Assembly (NCBI GenBank): GCA_028534125.1
Contig: CM052817.1
Coordinates: 44,394,001-44,458,000, forward strand
Length of the DNA stretch: 64,000 bases
Direction of reading: 5' to 3'
Source: Lama glama
Taxonomy: Eukaryota
In this document: positions 36,396 to 49,204 of the stretch, piece after piece
Layout: every line of letters begins with the position of its first letter
Numbering within the stretch: position 1 is the first letter of the stretch
Notes under the pieces: model-generated
Seen by the model: the letters and a program-made list of their open reading frames with translations, nothing else
What the model was told of the DNA's origin: nothing
The model's database searches: none
Program-made: the position numbers and the translations under genes

Positions 36396-38019
36396 CAACC
36401 ATTCATTATTAATGAATTGATAAGCAGTAGAGGTAAGCCCGTTAGAGAGCTCTGAGAGGAAGGGCAGAAAAAGGGAGCAAGAGGCTGGATGAATGAAAGC
36501 GGGGAGGGGAATGGACAGGAACTCTTGGTGGCGCAGTGGCCCAGCTCTGAGCATCCCAGTAAGGTATTGAGAGTGAAGGGTTAGGGCAGAACCTGTGCTG
36601 AGACCTACTGTGGTCACGGCCTGAAAGACCCTGGCCATTCTGGTGAGGCCAGGGCAGTGGCTGGGACCTCTGGTCACGGAGGCAAACCAGGCCAAGGAGG
36701 AACAGGCCTTGCCCACCTGGGTACAAGGACAGAACTCAAGGAAACAGCAGCACTGCCGTGGGCCAGAGAGATGCAGCAGGCTGCAAAATTAAGAGGCGCA
36801 CTGCGGAAGCCAACAGATGACAGCTTGCCTGGCTTCCTGCCCCCATACCTCTCCAACCCTCACAGCAGCCCCAGGTGCCCCACTCCTCCGGGAAGTTCAA
36901 TCCGCCCTTGCTCAGTGGGGCATTCAGGGAGCCCTGGGTTCACAGCTCAGGATCTGAGTGGCTTGGCATTCTTGCTGCTAGCTCCACTCTGACCCTGCAC
37001 ACCCTGCTCCTTAGAAACTAGGCTGATGCCTCTTCGACCAGTTCCTCGAAGCCAGGCTACCCCCCTGAGCCCCAATTCCTCACTGACTTAGATTCCCACC
37101 TTATCACCCAGTTCCATCCAGTGATGAGAAATCCTTCCTGGTGCTCCAAGCCCTTTAAGGACGGGCCAAATCACATGTCCGTTAAGTCCCAGGGTCAGTG
37201 CTCAAACCAAGCTACATATGACTTCAGACTCAATAAATGTTACTGGTTAATCATACAGCAAAACCCCAGAACTTAATGAAAAAAAATATAAAGTCTCTTT
37301 AGCATAAGGCACCTGGAGACACTTCATATACGTATCATTCTGGACCCAAATGGGTCCAAAATACCTAAGGAGAAAAAGCAAACTGTCTTGGTGGTGGAGC
37401 GGCCCAGCTCTGAGCATCACTCATGTTCCGGCTGCCAAGTGAAGAGTTCTCAGTGGTAGGACTTGGGAAGCCGATGGGCACAGGTGAAGAGTGAAGGATG
37501 CACCTGAGGATGGTAATGCTGAGAACGGCTCTTTGGCATCTTTATACCCCAACAGTATCCGTCCACGCTCAGCTAAATACCCCGGGGCTGAGCAGCTTTT
37601 CCCACCCAAGGGAAATGAACAGGGCTGGAAAATTCGACAGGCTCTGTAGAGAGAAGAGAAGGTCCCTCTTATCATCAAGGAGCTGAGGCATGAGACAATG
37701 TTTACCAATAACCTCAGGGATTCCAGAGAAGCCCTCCAGCCTGAAATCTCAGTGGGAAGAAGAGAGGGGGAGCCCTGTAGCAGAACACAGCGACCCAGTC
37801 TTAATATCAGTTGGTACACCTCCCTCATGAAGGATCAGACACTGCTCAAAGTTCTGAATCAGACGCTGAAGTGTAAAACGAGGCTGTGCAGAGTACGATG
37901 ACGATAAATGGAGCTCTTTCATCTAGGTAAGAAGAAGAAAAGTTCTCTTTGTGCTTTGAAGACAAGAGCAAAGCTTTCTTTTAAATGTAAGCTATCTGGA
38001 CCTTTCTACAAGTTCCTTC

Positions 38020-39790
38020 CCATTCATTCAAGGACATCCATAGAGACTTTCTACATGTCAGCCACTGTGCTGGCACTGGTGATACAAAGATGAACAAAGT
38101 ATCATTAGACCCAAATAATTCACAGTACAGTAATTCTACAGCCAAGTAGAGGACCATTAGAACACAGCACGATGGGCTCCGTGATAGAGACCTGGACAAG
38201 GTGCTTGGTGAACTCAGAACAGGAGATTTCACTTTTAACTAAACCATGAAAGATTTCTCCACATGGAAGGGCCAAGAAATGGAAAAGGACATCCAGGTAG
38301 AAGAAATAGCACGACAAATGTGTGGAAAGGCACAAGAAAAAGGACAAGCAACTCAAGTGGCTGGAGAGATGATGCAGCAGAGGATGGTGAAGAGGCGGGG
38401 GTGGGGGGTCCAGATCTTCACATCCCTCACCGAGGGTGTGGACAGCACCCTGTGGAACTGGGAGCCACCAACGAACCTTAGCCAAGGAGGGGCATGTTCA
38501 AATATGAGCTCCGGGAAGCTGTTGCCAGTAATGAGAATAAATTTGAGAGAGATAAGACTGGAAGCTATTGTATCGCCCAGGGTAAGAGACAATAAAGGCC
38601 CGGCACTAAGGCAATGACCATGAAGTTAAGGCTGATGAGAGATCTAAGAGCCACTAAGGCGGCAGAACGCTCAGCCTAGTAACTACCTGGATGGAGCTGG
38701 TGTAGACAGAGTATAGTCAAAGTGGAAGGATGGCTTTTATGTTTATAGCTTGTACGAGAATGGTAATATTACTAACCTATATAAAGAACTAAGAGATGGG
38801 GGTGGAGAGAGGAAGAGGAGGGAACTGGAGCGAGGCAGCTGATGGCTCACTCAGGGCCTGCAAATGTGAGGTGCTGCAGGCTTGTCAGTGGGGGTGTATG
38901 GGAGGCAGTGGGGTCTACAGGACTGGGGTCTGGGCTGCACACAGAAATGTAAGGGTCACAAAACACATGGCCCTTGAGAAAAGACAAGCTGCTTGGGGAG
39001 GATCACAGGGAGCCCAACAAAAAGGGCTTTAAGGATGGGTCTCCGAGAACTATCACAATTGGGAGGGGGCGGGGGCGGGGGGAGTCTAACAGGAAGCGTC
39101 CAGAGAAGTAGGAGAGGCTTCTACAGACTCCTAGGGGGAGAACAAGGAGGAGGAGCTGTCAACCATTCCAACCGCTACAGAGAGGCTAGTCTGATGTGGG
39201 CAGATGCACGGCCACTGGATTTGAAGACTGGGAAGTCTTTACAATGGAATGACAGAGGCAGAGGCCTGATTATGATGGGCCAAAAGGTAAATGAGAGAGA
39301 AAACGGAGACAGCAAGGGCAGAGAAATTTTTCAAGAACTTGGCTCTAAAGGGGAGAAACAGGGAGGTAACTAGAAGACTTGAGGGGGCCAGGGAGTAAAA
39401 AGGATCTGTTCTTGCTGTTTAGTTTTAAATAATGAGAAGTATGAGCAAATCTGTATGAGACAGGGAGCGCACGCATGCACAGCTGAAGGCAGAGGATGAA
39501 GAGAGGCTGACACTCCTTAAGACTCATGAGGAAGTAGGAAAGGATGGCATTCTATCTAGAGCACACGAGGACGGCATGACCACGTGCAGGAGCCAAGCCA
39601 GTTCCACTGAGATGAGAAGAGAGGAAGTAAGATGTTCATGCTTATGTATGAAAGGAAGCGGTGGGAGGACGGTTAAAGGGATGTCACACCCACTGTCCTC
39701 TATTTTCATTAGGAAGCCACAAAGAGGGGAAAGGGAGGGGCTTGATGTAGGTGGGGCTCCAGGCGCATGGCGGATAGGGACTGAAGAGTT
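38020..39790 (-). mobile_element. LINE-2 remnant (fragmented)
   Basis: cattcattcaa...ctacatgtcagccactgtgctggcactggtgatacaaagatgaacaaa (reverse of an L2 3' end), followed by a long purine-rich L2-like body. Confidence 0.6.
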
Positions 39791-40289
39791 GGAACTGATT
39801 AGAGATATTTAAAAGATTTAATAACGAAGATGTGGTCTCTGCCCTTACGGAACTTACATTCTGGTAGTGAGACCAAATGAAGTAATCCTATAGTTATTGA
39901 TAAATCATTTAGAAATAATTCCTACATAAATCAATAAATTATACAGAAATCATAAAGAAATAATTCCTGCAAGATAAAGTAAGTGCCCAAGACCTGCAGT
40001 GCCAAGACAGGAAGCCCAGCTTGGGGAGCTGCTTCTCTGGAGTAGCCTGGAGAGGTAACCTTGTGCCCTGGGGTGGGCAGATTTCACACGGGTGCAATAC
40101 ATTAAGAACAGGGTGATTATGAAACAAACAAACAAATCATAAGGTTCTGAAAAATATGCCCCTTTCTTTTGGACGCAGAGTATATGCTAGGAGAAGGTTT
40201 CAGAGATAAATCTTTGTTTTGTAAGATTCTTCCAGTATGTACAGCTAAGTGATGAAATCAGGGAAAAGAACAATGAAAAAGGCGACCAA

Positions 40290-40770
40290 AATATAGCCCA
40301 CCAACACGCATACCTTACTGGAGAGGGGTGTAAATGAGTACAACCTGAATCAGGAGTACCTTGGCAACGTTTAGCAAAAGGTTTTTAAATATATGCCTTG
40401 AAAGTCTGAAAAGCAACCTAAATGCTCATCAGCAGGAGATCAGTTAAGTCAATGTGGTACCTCTATGTGAGGAAATACTCATGTGGTCATTGAAAGAAAT
40501 GAGTAGTTCTATACACAGACACGGAAATATCTCCAAAATATATGGTTAAAGGGTGATACTAAGATTCAGAACTGTGCATGCAGTATATGTGGGGAAAAAA
40601 CCTACATAATCACTTATGTTTATTACTGTAAAGAATATAACTGGAAGAACACCTGAGAAACTAGAACCAGTGCCTGCCTCTGGGGAGAAAAACTTATTTT
40701 TCACTGTGTTTCCTTTTGTAAGTTTTGAATTGTGTACCATGTACATGTGTTACCTATTGAAAAGCAAAGT
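40290..40770 (+). mobile_element. Old LINE-1 (L1ME-like) 3' fragment
   Basis: aaagcaacctaaatgctcatcagcaggaga...tttgaattgtgtaccatgtacatgtgttacctatt. Confidence 0.6.
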
Positions 40771-41384
40771 ATTTTAAGAACAGCCTCTCATTTTTAAAAT
40801 ATAATTCACTGTACCTTGAGATAACCAAAAAAGTCAAACAGCTGTTTAGTGACTTTTTCAATGATGCAAATAATTTACTAAGCATTCCAAAAGAGCACAG
40901 CACGCTTTTAAATTTTAGGATCACTTTGATCTTTAAGAGGATAAGGACATATTTTCCTAAAGCACATTACATCATGAGCATATCAGGAAGAGTCAGAAGA
41001 CCATTTAATTTTAAAATCAAGCAAACTAAGTTTTGTGTGTGGGCGTAATTCAAACAAAGCCCTTTTGTTGCATTCCTAACCACAAACAAGGAAGCTCAGT
41101 CGTGTGGGATGGGTAGGCTGATGAAACTGCAACTAGCAAGTGACACGATGTCCTTCTTAGATGATTTTGCCAGGAACACAGAGAGATTCAGGAATGCAAA
41201 GCATATTTTGGAGATATCTACACTAAAGCAGTTCAGGTCTTTCAAACAGTATTCACTGATCACCTACAACGTGCCTTCTACTTTGCAGAAGTACAGCTGA
41301 AGCTCTGGGAGGTCCCAGATGGCCTCAAGGAGTTTATCATCTTGTTGGGGAGTCTCAGATACAAGAAGAAATGTTCAACAGCAT

Positions 41385-42000
41385 CACAGTATTACTCATT
41401 CACTCAAAAAACATTTCAGTGCCTCCCGAGTGCCAAGCACCATTCTAGGTCCTTGACATATATATATTTTCTCACTTAACCTTTATATTGTATCTTTATA
41501 AAACCATTAAGGAGAAAATGAGGTCATCACGAGAGACTAAGCAACTCGTCCACAGTCACAAGGGCAGTGGGGAGCAGAGCTGATGTTTAAATCAGAGCCC
41601 ATGCTCTTAACCTCCGAGCAACAAGCAGTATAAACGACAATGAGGTGAGGTTGACAGAGGAGGGAGACAATCAGCAAGTAAGCAAAGAAACAGGATATTT
41701 TCATGTAGTTGTGAAGGGCTCCGAAGGAAGCAGTACTGTGTGATGTGAGAGTATGACTGAGGATTCTGGTCTGGGTCAGGGACAGTCTCTCTGAGAGGGT
41801 AACATTCGAACCAGATCTAAATGATAAGAAAGAGTCAACCATGCAGAGCAGCGAGCAGTGTTTAGCACAGAAGCAACAAAGAAATGCAAAGGCCTTAAGG
41901 CAGGAATAAAGGTGAGGTTTCCAAGCAGCAGAACAGAGGGTAGCCAGAGCCTTGTGAGTGGAGAGCAGATGGTAGGAAGGTCAACCAGTTATAAGGGGCC
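41385..42000 (-). mobile_element. LINE-2 fragment with nested MIR
   Basis: ctcattcactcaaaaaacatttcagtgcctcccgagtgccaagcaccattctagg; gggtcagggacagtctctctgagagggtaacattcgaaccagatct. Confidence 0.55.
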
Positions 42001-42623
42001 ATCTAGGCTCTCGAGGATTTTGGCATAAGCCCCAAAATGCTCACGCACTGACAGTGATCTAGAATGGGTCTGACATTGGCTAGCAAGGCCTGGTAGTAGA
42101 GCGTGAATTTAGATAACCCTGAAGGGTTGGATAAATGGAGAAGGTGACAACCACAACTTGGAAAATAAGAAATTCTAAGAGTTGGAGTCAATTTTTTTAT
42201 TGATATTGTTCTCTGATGAGCTGTTATGACTGAGACTTGCTTGGGCTCTTCTGGGCCCGCTAACATTATATACCATGCCAGTCATCAACTGGACGTGAAC
42301 TGAATGTGTATGAATATCAAATACACTCGGACTACCAGCACTGCCAGATACAGTATCATGTTTCTCAATCGACTTACTAACACCCTACCTGCCATCATTT
42401 GCTAGGTGCACAACACTATCACAGACAACAAAGTCCATCGTAACAAGGTTCTAGTCTTACTCACCCCCGACGAGAAAAAAAGAAAGAAAAAGGAAAAACA
42501 ATTATACCAATATATTCTGTAAATCAGGTCTATTAGAATGAACATGTCATGGATTTGGGTTGAGAGTCTTCATGATACACTTACTGAACACCATGTGCTT
42601 AGCAGGGGATTAAAGTATGCTTC

Positions 42624-43157
42624 TTTTCTTTTTTTAAATTTGATTTTTTTTGAAATTAAAGTGTCCTTGATTTATAATGTTTCAGGTGTACAGCAAAGTG
42701 ATTCAGTTATACTATATATATATTAAAGTCTTTTTCAGATTTTTTTCTGTTACAGGCTATTTTAAGATACTGAATATAGTTCCCTGTGCTACACAGTAGG
42801 TCCTTGTTGCTTATCTATTTTATATACAGCAGTGTGTATCTGTTAATCTCAAATCCCTAATTTATCCCTCCCACCCCTTCCCTTCAGTAACCATAGGTTG
42901 TTTTCTATGTCTATGAGTCTATTTCTGTTCTGTAAATAAGTTCATTTGTGTCATTTTTTTTAGATTCCACATATAAGTGATATCATATGATATTTACCTT
43001 TCTCTGTCTGACTCACTTCACTTAGTATGATAATCTCTAGGTCCATCCATGTTGGTGCAAGTAGCATTATTTTATTCTTTTTTATGGCTGAGTAATATTT
43101 CTTCGTATATATGTACCATATCCTCTTTATCCATTCATCTGTTGACGGACTTTAGGT
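42624..43157 (-). mobile_element. Cetartiodactyl/camelid-type LINE-1 3' end, 5'-truncated
   Basis: tttcaggtgtacagcaaagtgattcagttata, gaatatagttccctgtgctacacagtagg, tagattccacatataagtgatatcatatg. Imperfect TSD ttaaagtatgcttc (42610-42623) / ttaaagcatgtttc (43158-43171). Confidence 0.88.
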
Positions 43158-44482
43158 TTAAAGCATGTTTCCTAAGGTTCTTTTTGTGTGTTGCTGTGAT
43201 TTTTTCCCTATTTACCCCCATCTTTTAAAAAAATTATGAAACACTTCAGACATACATAAATACATTCAAATTAATAAAAAAAAAAAACTCATGTACTCAT
43301 GACTAAAATTTATCAAATCTTAGTATTTTCCCCATATTTATTTTAGGTATTATTTTGAATAGGTAATTAATTAATGCAGGGTTTTTTTTTTTTAATTGGA
43401 AGCCATTGAGAAGTCTTACTCTCCTCATTTCCCAGCCCCTCCACCCATTTCTCTTCCCCCAACAGGTAACATCTGTGGCTTAATTTCTTACGTACCTTTT
43501 CCAGTACTTTGTTATGATGAAGTACAAACAAATAAAAACATATCTCATTTTGGTCCCTTCACAAAAGGAAAGAGACCTCTTGTTTTTTTTAAATTCTGTA
43601 TCAGTACTTACAGAGCTTCCTCATAGCTTTCTTTTTTCCTTTTAGCTGCCTAGTATTCCATTGTGTGCATACAATATACTTATTTAACCAGACCCTTTCT
43701 GTAGGCACTTTTCGATTTCCAGTCTTTTGTCATTACAAATAATGCTTCAGGGAATAACTACATCCACACACTCTTTTCTATCTATGCCGATATATCTGCA
43801 GAAATTCCTCGAAGTGGAATTGCTGGCTCAAAATAAAATGCACTTGCAATTTTGGTAGTTACTGTTAAATTGCCCCTTTCATGCTTTAAAGAAGAAACAA
43901 ACAATATGAATAATTAAATGTTGCTGTGCAAATAATTCTTAAGGGAATTACAATTATATCTTCTTTGGTATAGAAGAATAGATGATTTGTATTTGAACAA
44001 TGCCTTTTTAGGCATTTCCTGTTTACAGGAAAATGATGCTCCCCAAATACTGATGATAAAAATATACAGTCACTGAAAACTACAAGCAAGTCAAGCTGCA
44101 CTAGGCTGCACTTGTAACACTGTTCCATTCATAAATCCAAATGGAACACTTTCTGGAATAAAAAAGAAAATTACCCTATACTGAGATATGTTTTCTACAT
44201 ATTCACAGGAGACAGACAAGCTCTTAAGAATTTTTAGAGTTGAAAAAATGCATCAACTTCCAAAATGTGAAAAAAAGGTGGTAACTATTCCTTAAAACAC
44301 AGTTGGCAAAGACATTGCTTTTGAGAAATCCTTTAGCCCTTTTCAGCATCCCTAACCTCTAGTTTCCATGACAACTGGGCTCCTCAATGCTATGCTTCAG
44401 ACTTTTGGAATTTATAGAAAAGTCTAACAAGCAAACTTTCCCAAAGCTTTTATAATTGCCTCACTAACATCTGTGTCTTTAA

Positions 44483-44734
44483 TAAACAACAAGTTTATAC
44501 TATATAGCACAGGGAACTATATTCAATATCTTGTAGTAACCAATAATGAAAAAGAATATGAAAACAAATACATGTGTGTATATGTATGACTGAACTATCA
44601 TGCGGTACACCAGAAATTGACACAACATTGTAAACTGACTATACTTCAGTAAAATTTAAAAAAATCAAATAAAAAAAGGAAGGAAGCCCATCAACAGCAG
44701 TAAAATAAGTAAATAAATAAATAAATATTTAAAA
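44483..44734 (+). mobile_element. Young camelid-type LINE-1 3' end with extra 3' segment inside the TSD
   Basis: aacaagtttatactatatagcacagggaactatattcaatatcttgtagtaac...gtaaactgactatacttca + A tail. 14-bp TSD atctgtgtctttaa at 44469-44482 and 44735-44748. Confidence 0.88.
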
Positions 44735-44965
44735 ATCTGTGTCTTTAAAAAGTGGTTCAGTGGGCAGAAAGGTATGCATTAGGTAATATAACCCGATAGC
44801 AACACACAGTTCTTTCTGGAAAGAGAAGTTCTTTTTAAATGTCACATCCTGATAATATGCCCTGAGGACTTTGGCTTTGGCAACTAAATCACAACTAAGA
44901 GTAAAGTATGCTAAAAGACACACACATAAGATTCCAACATCTAAAATTTGCATAATTAAAAAAAC

Positions 44966-45128
44966 TTTTTCTGGTTTGTTTGTTTGGTTTTTTTTTTTTG
45001 GTTGAGGAAGGTAATCAGGTCGGTTTGTTGGTTTGTTTGTTTGTTTATTTTAATGGCGGTACTGGGGATTGAACCCAGGACCTCATGCATGCTAGGTACA
45101 CAGTCTACCAGTGAGCTATACCCTCCCC
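44966..45128 (-). mobile_element. tRNA-Ala-derived SINE (Vic-1-like)
   Basis: Minus strand reads ggggagggtatagctcactggtagactgtgtacctagcatgcatgaggtcctgggttcaatccccagtacc, with A and B boxes and an A-rich/(AAAC)n tail. Confidence 0.9.
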
Positions 45129-48100
45129 TCCTTTTCTTATAAGAGACTTTATCCAACTCCTCCACACCTGTTCCGACATCCTTTCATTACTAGTTTATAT
45201 CCTCCTCATTCTCCATTTTGAAATATTTTTTAAAGATGAAATTTTATTAATGATCACACAAAACTATTACCATAAAAAAGAAGGTCTAACCATGGGGGTC
45301 AGTGTTTTTCAGTTAGTCACCAATGAATGGGTGGTGATGCTGAAATATCTTTTCCTCAATATTCCCCTCCTCCCCTCGACTGACACATACAGAGGAATCA
45401 GAATAGTCAACTCTCCTCCCCACACTTCAATGTTTGCCTGTAAGTCATGGCAGAAGTTGACGCCAACACAACATCTCTCGTCTATAATAGCATGCATCTT
45501 TGTTTTTCTTCGAATTCCAAATTCAATTACAATGGAATAGAATGCATAGCATACATAGACTAGCATGAGCTCTAATTATTAACACTTTCTTCCTCTCAAT
45601 TCTCAGTTTGGAACCAGACATTTCATTTGTTTGAGGAAGGAAGGAGGGACTGGCTTTTACTGATTTCTTCAAATACTGAATATTATGATTTAAGTGTCTT
45701 TGCCACTACTTCTCTGTGCCACAGACTAGGTTGCTAGGGCTTAGAGAGGAGAAATCACTTCTGTGCTGTATTTATCTTCCACAAACTAACACACAGGCAG
45801 ACACCCGCAAATACATGCTCATGGATCTCAGAGAGGATCAGATAGATGCAGAGAACCAGAAACATTGTGTGTGCCCCTGAACTTCCCGGAGGCTCTCCCA
45901 GGGGACCCCTGTTGGACAAATCAGGACACAATGAACGGTATGCAGGGCTCTCCCCCTCCACTCGGGGCTGCAGGGCTGAGGGCAGGAGGCAGGACACCCA
46001 CCGCGACAGCTGGACACCCTCCTCCGTGTGTAAACCCACGGAAGACTGCCCTTTGAAGTTTTAAAGGACCCTCTTCAAACCAAATACCAACCAAGATATT
46101 TCAAAATCAAGCTAATTAATTTTTATACAAGGCCAAAGTGTAAATTATAGTTCATTTGTCAAAACCAGTAAAGAAAGGCTGTTTTTTGGGTGAGGTAGAA
46201 GCCTTTTGGTAATGATTTTTTTCTACACATTATTCCATTCAACAAAAACAGATAAGTGCTCCCCAAACTTCCAACACTAAAGACACAGCATTCTCTTCTG
46301 GAATAAGTTTGATGCATTGTATTGTGATTTTTTTGTCCCTGTTTCACTTTCTTCTCATTTAGAGGAAGAGGCCACAAATGAGAAATTAAAGACAAGAAAA
46401 CAACAGAAAGGACAAAAAACACTAATGTCAGATAAGAACCTCAGGCAATGGCCAAAAGAATCTATATTTTAAAATCATACTGGAAAAGAACTGTTCATTA
46501 AAATAAAGTTTTCAAATATTACTGAAACCAGAATGAAAAGAATAGTGAAGGTTTAAGGCAGAGAGGCTGCCAACGTTAAGAATGTTTGCTCCGGCCTCTC
46601 AGTTCCCATCTGCCAACATTTCCATAATAAATTTTACAGCAAGGAGGAGTTCAACCACCGCCGTCACTCACACATAACCTGACACTGTTGAGGAGAAAAT
46701 AATAAAACTCAGAAGAATGTTCTCTCTTATTCGCCTTCAGGTGAAAGAACGCCAAATAAAACTTGAAAAACCAGCCCTGGATCCCTCTCTCCATATGTAT
46801 TTTGTAATCTAAGCAGTTCATATTTTCTTTTTTACCTTTTACATGGTATAATAAAATGAATGCCCAGAATAATAAAATAAATATTCAAGTCACCTTGGGA
46901 TCCAGAACATTACCATGACCATTGCAGCCACCTGCTCTTTTCCACCTCATATTTCCATTTAAGTAAAAGCATCTCTAGGTGTACGCATTGACGTTAGGCA
47001 CAACTCTGGACAAAAGTTTCAGTTCAAAGATCATACAAAGATAAAAGCTGAATTCAAATTATTGTGAATAAGGGAAAAGATAATCAAGTATTTAAACCTT
47101 TGACTGTGATGGGGTGAAATAATGTACGATCAGCACTCTCAGTAAACACTTCTTTTCATGTAAACTCAAAGCTAAATGAGAAGACCACACCTTTTCTTGA
47201 AAATTGAGACGACAGTGACAGGTTCCCTTTCTTTCTACAAATGCTGGCAATGAGAATAGAGAACTTGGCTACCAGTTCCTAGGTAAGTGGCCATTCCTCG
47301 TGAAAAACAGAAACTGTTACCCTGAGATTCCCTGGGGAAATGGGGAAGCAAAACCATGAAGCACACAACACAAAGCAACTGCTAACCTGAATGAGATAAA
47401 AACCCACTCTAAACACATTCATCAGAAGAAATATGGTGACTGTATTTATAGGAGAGAGAATGATTGAAAACCCCGCACAGAAATATTGATAGTACACTGC
47501 ATTCCACGAGGTGCTCAAATTATGAGAATTTTCATGACAATGAAATGGGCTTAAACTCAATATGTGGTTGGTTATTAATTTTTCTTTATAAACATATATA
47601 TACAATATAACATGAAAAAGACACCAGCGAAAGGCTTGTCAGTTGAGAATCCTGCAATTCGAGATTCTAAATCTCATTCTAACATAACAGTGAGCTTACA
47701 TTGGGGCAAAGAGAAACAGCCTAGATAGCAACGCTCTGGCCAACTGCGTGTCATACTCAGGAGTAGCATCAAAAGCCATTTCACCCTGCTCCTGCTCCTT
47801 CTGCTCCTCCTCCCAGAGCTGCAAATTCTTCCCAACAATTCCACGCTCCTCCGTCACACAGCCGGAACCGCCTAGAACTCACTAAGCTTCATGCAAATGG
47901 GAGGGACTCATTCCCAGCCACCTCTGTAAATTGCCAATTAAAATTTAATTTTAATTGCTCTCTAAGAGGGAAGAAAAGCGAACCTTAGTGACTCTGCCTG
48001 AGAAGAACCAGCACCTTAGACAATAGCACATGGCTTGGAAATGCCAGAATTCTATTCTGTGCACAGGAGGAGGAGGGAAAGAAGGAAAACCATTTGCTGA

Positions 48101-49204
48101 TAAAATGCATCAGACTGCGACCAGGACATTTCCTTTTTAATTGATCTTCTCTGCCAAACCTGCACCCTCCTCCACATGCAAAAAAGGCCACTGTCTGCAA
48201 AAATGCGTGTTAATTGCTTGAAACTTCCCCCAGTTTGGAAGACCACTACAGCAAGGGTGCAATACCAACATCCACTGAGGCGTCCCCAGGCATGCTGCTC
48301 TGAGCGCGCTAAGTGAGCAGCATGGGGACAGAACTCACGCCAGCAGGAGTGCAAGTGCCAGCTGAGCTAACCTTGCTGCCCAAATGAGAACGGATTCAGA
48401 GTCAAACCCTGAGCTTCCATTACCCATTCATCTCCATTTAACTTTACAGAGCACATAACACGAGGTATGGGTAAATGCTTAATGGTTAGAGGAGACAGTC
48501 ATCATAGTGACGGTGGTGACTGGTGGTGGAAGGTAAGGGAGGGATGAGAGTTCTTGGAGGAAAGCAATGGCTTGGAAAATCTTGAGTTTTAAGCTGGAAC
48601 ATTCTGTCTCTTTAACTCACTCATTGAACCACCCTAGCCTAAGGCTTGACAGATTTTAGGGAGAAGTTTTTGCCGAGATAAGTTAGATCATAGGGCTCTT
48701 ACTGACAAGTTAGACAAGAGAGAATTCAGGGATCTAAGCAGGAAAGGAAGGATGAGATTGGATGTGTGAGAATATTAAGCCCTGAACCACTAAGAGCATC
48801 ACTCTCTCTCTCTCTCTTTAACTTGGTGGTTTGGCTGGTCCCTGAATACACCTGGAGGGAGGGAGTGTCTTCTTTTTTCTTATAAATAAGTGATAAAATC
48901 CTTTCTGGCTATTTTTTCTCGATGAAAAAGGAGCTACATATACCCATGACCCACTGGACTTGGAGTTGGCTCATAAGGTGATCCCAGTCCTTTTCAATTC
49001 CAAAGTCAGTGTAGGCTTCTGTGACCTGTCATGAATTAGACTTGCTCCCTGTCCACTACTAACCTTCTACCTCAATACTTGTAAGACTCCTAAGATGATA
49101 AGCACATCATGTCTGCTCTCCTTAAAGACAGCACCTCACCCTTTTCCATATTTCAAAACAGGATTTAGACCACAGTCAGCTTCAAAGAACTCTGGGCAAT
49201 AAAA

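Noticed and set aside
44966..45128. Functional tRNA-Ala gene(s), here and at 17158 and 21423
   Set aside because: The cloverleafs are degenerate and have SINE tails (and TSDs at two copies), so they are SINEs.
47279..47288. Perfect plus-strand donor TAG|GTAAGT as an antisense lncRNA exon end
   Set aside because: A single donor match in 64 kb is expected by chance, and no convincing acceptor or other support is visible.
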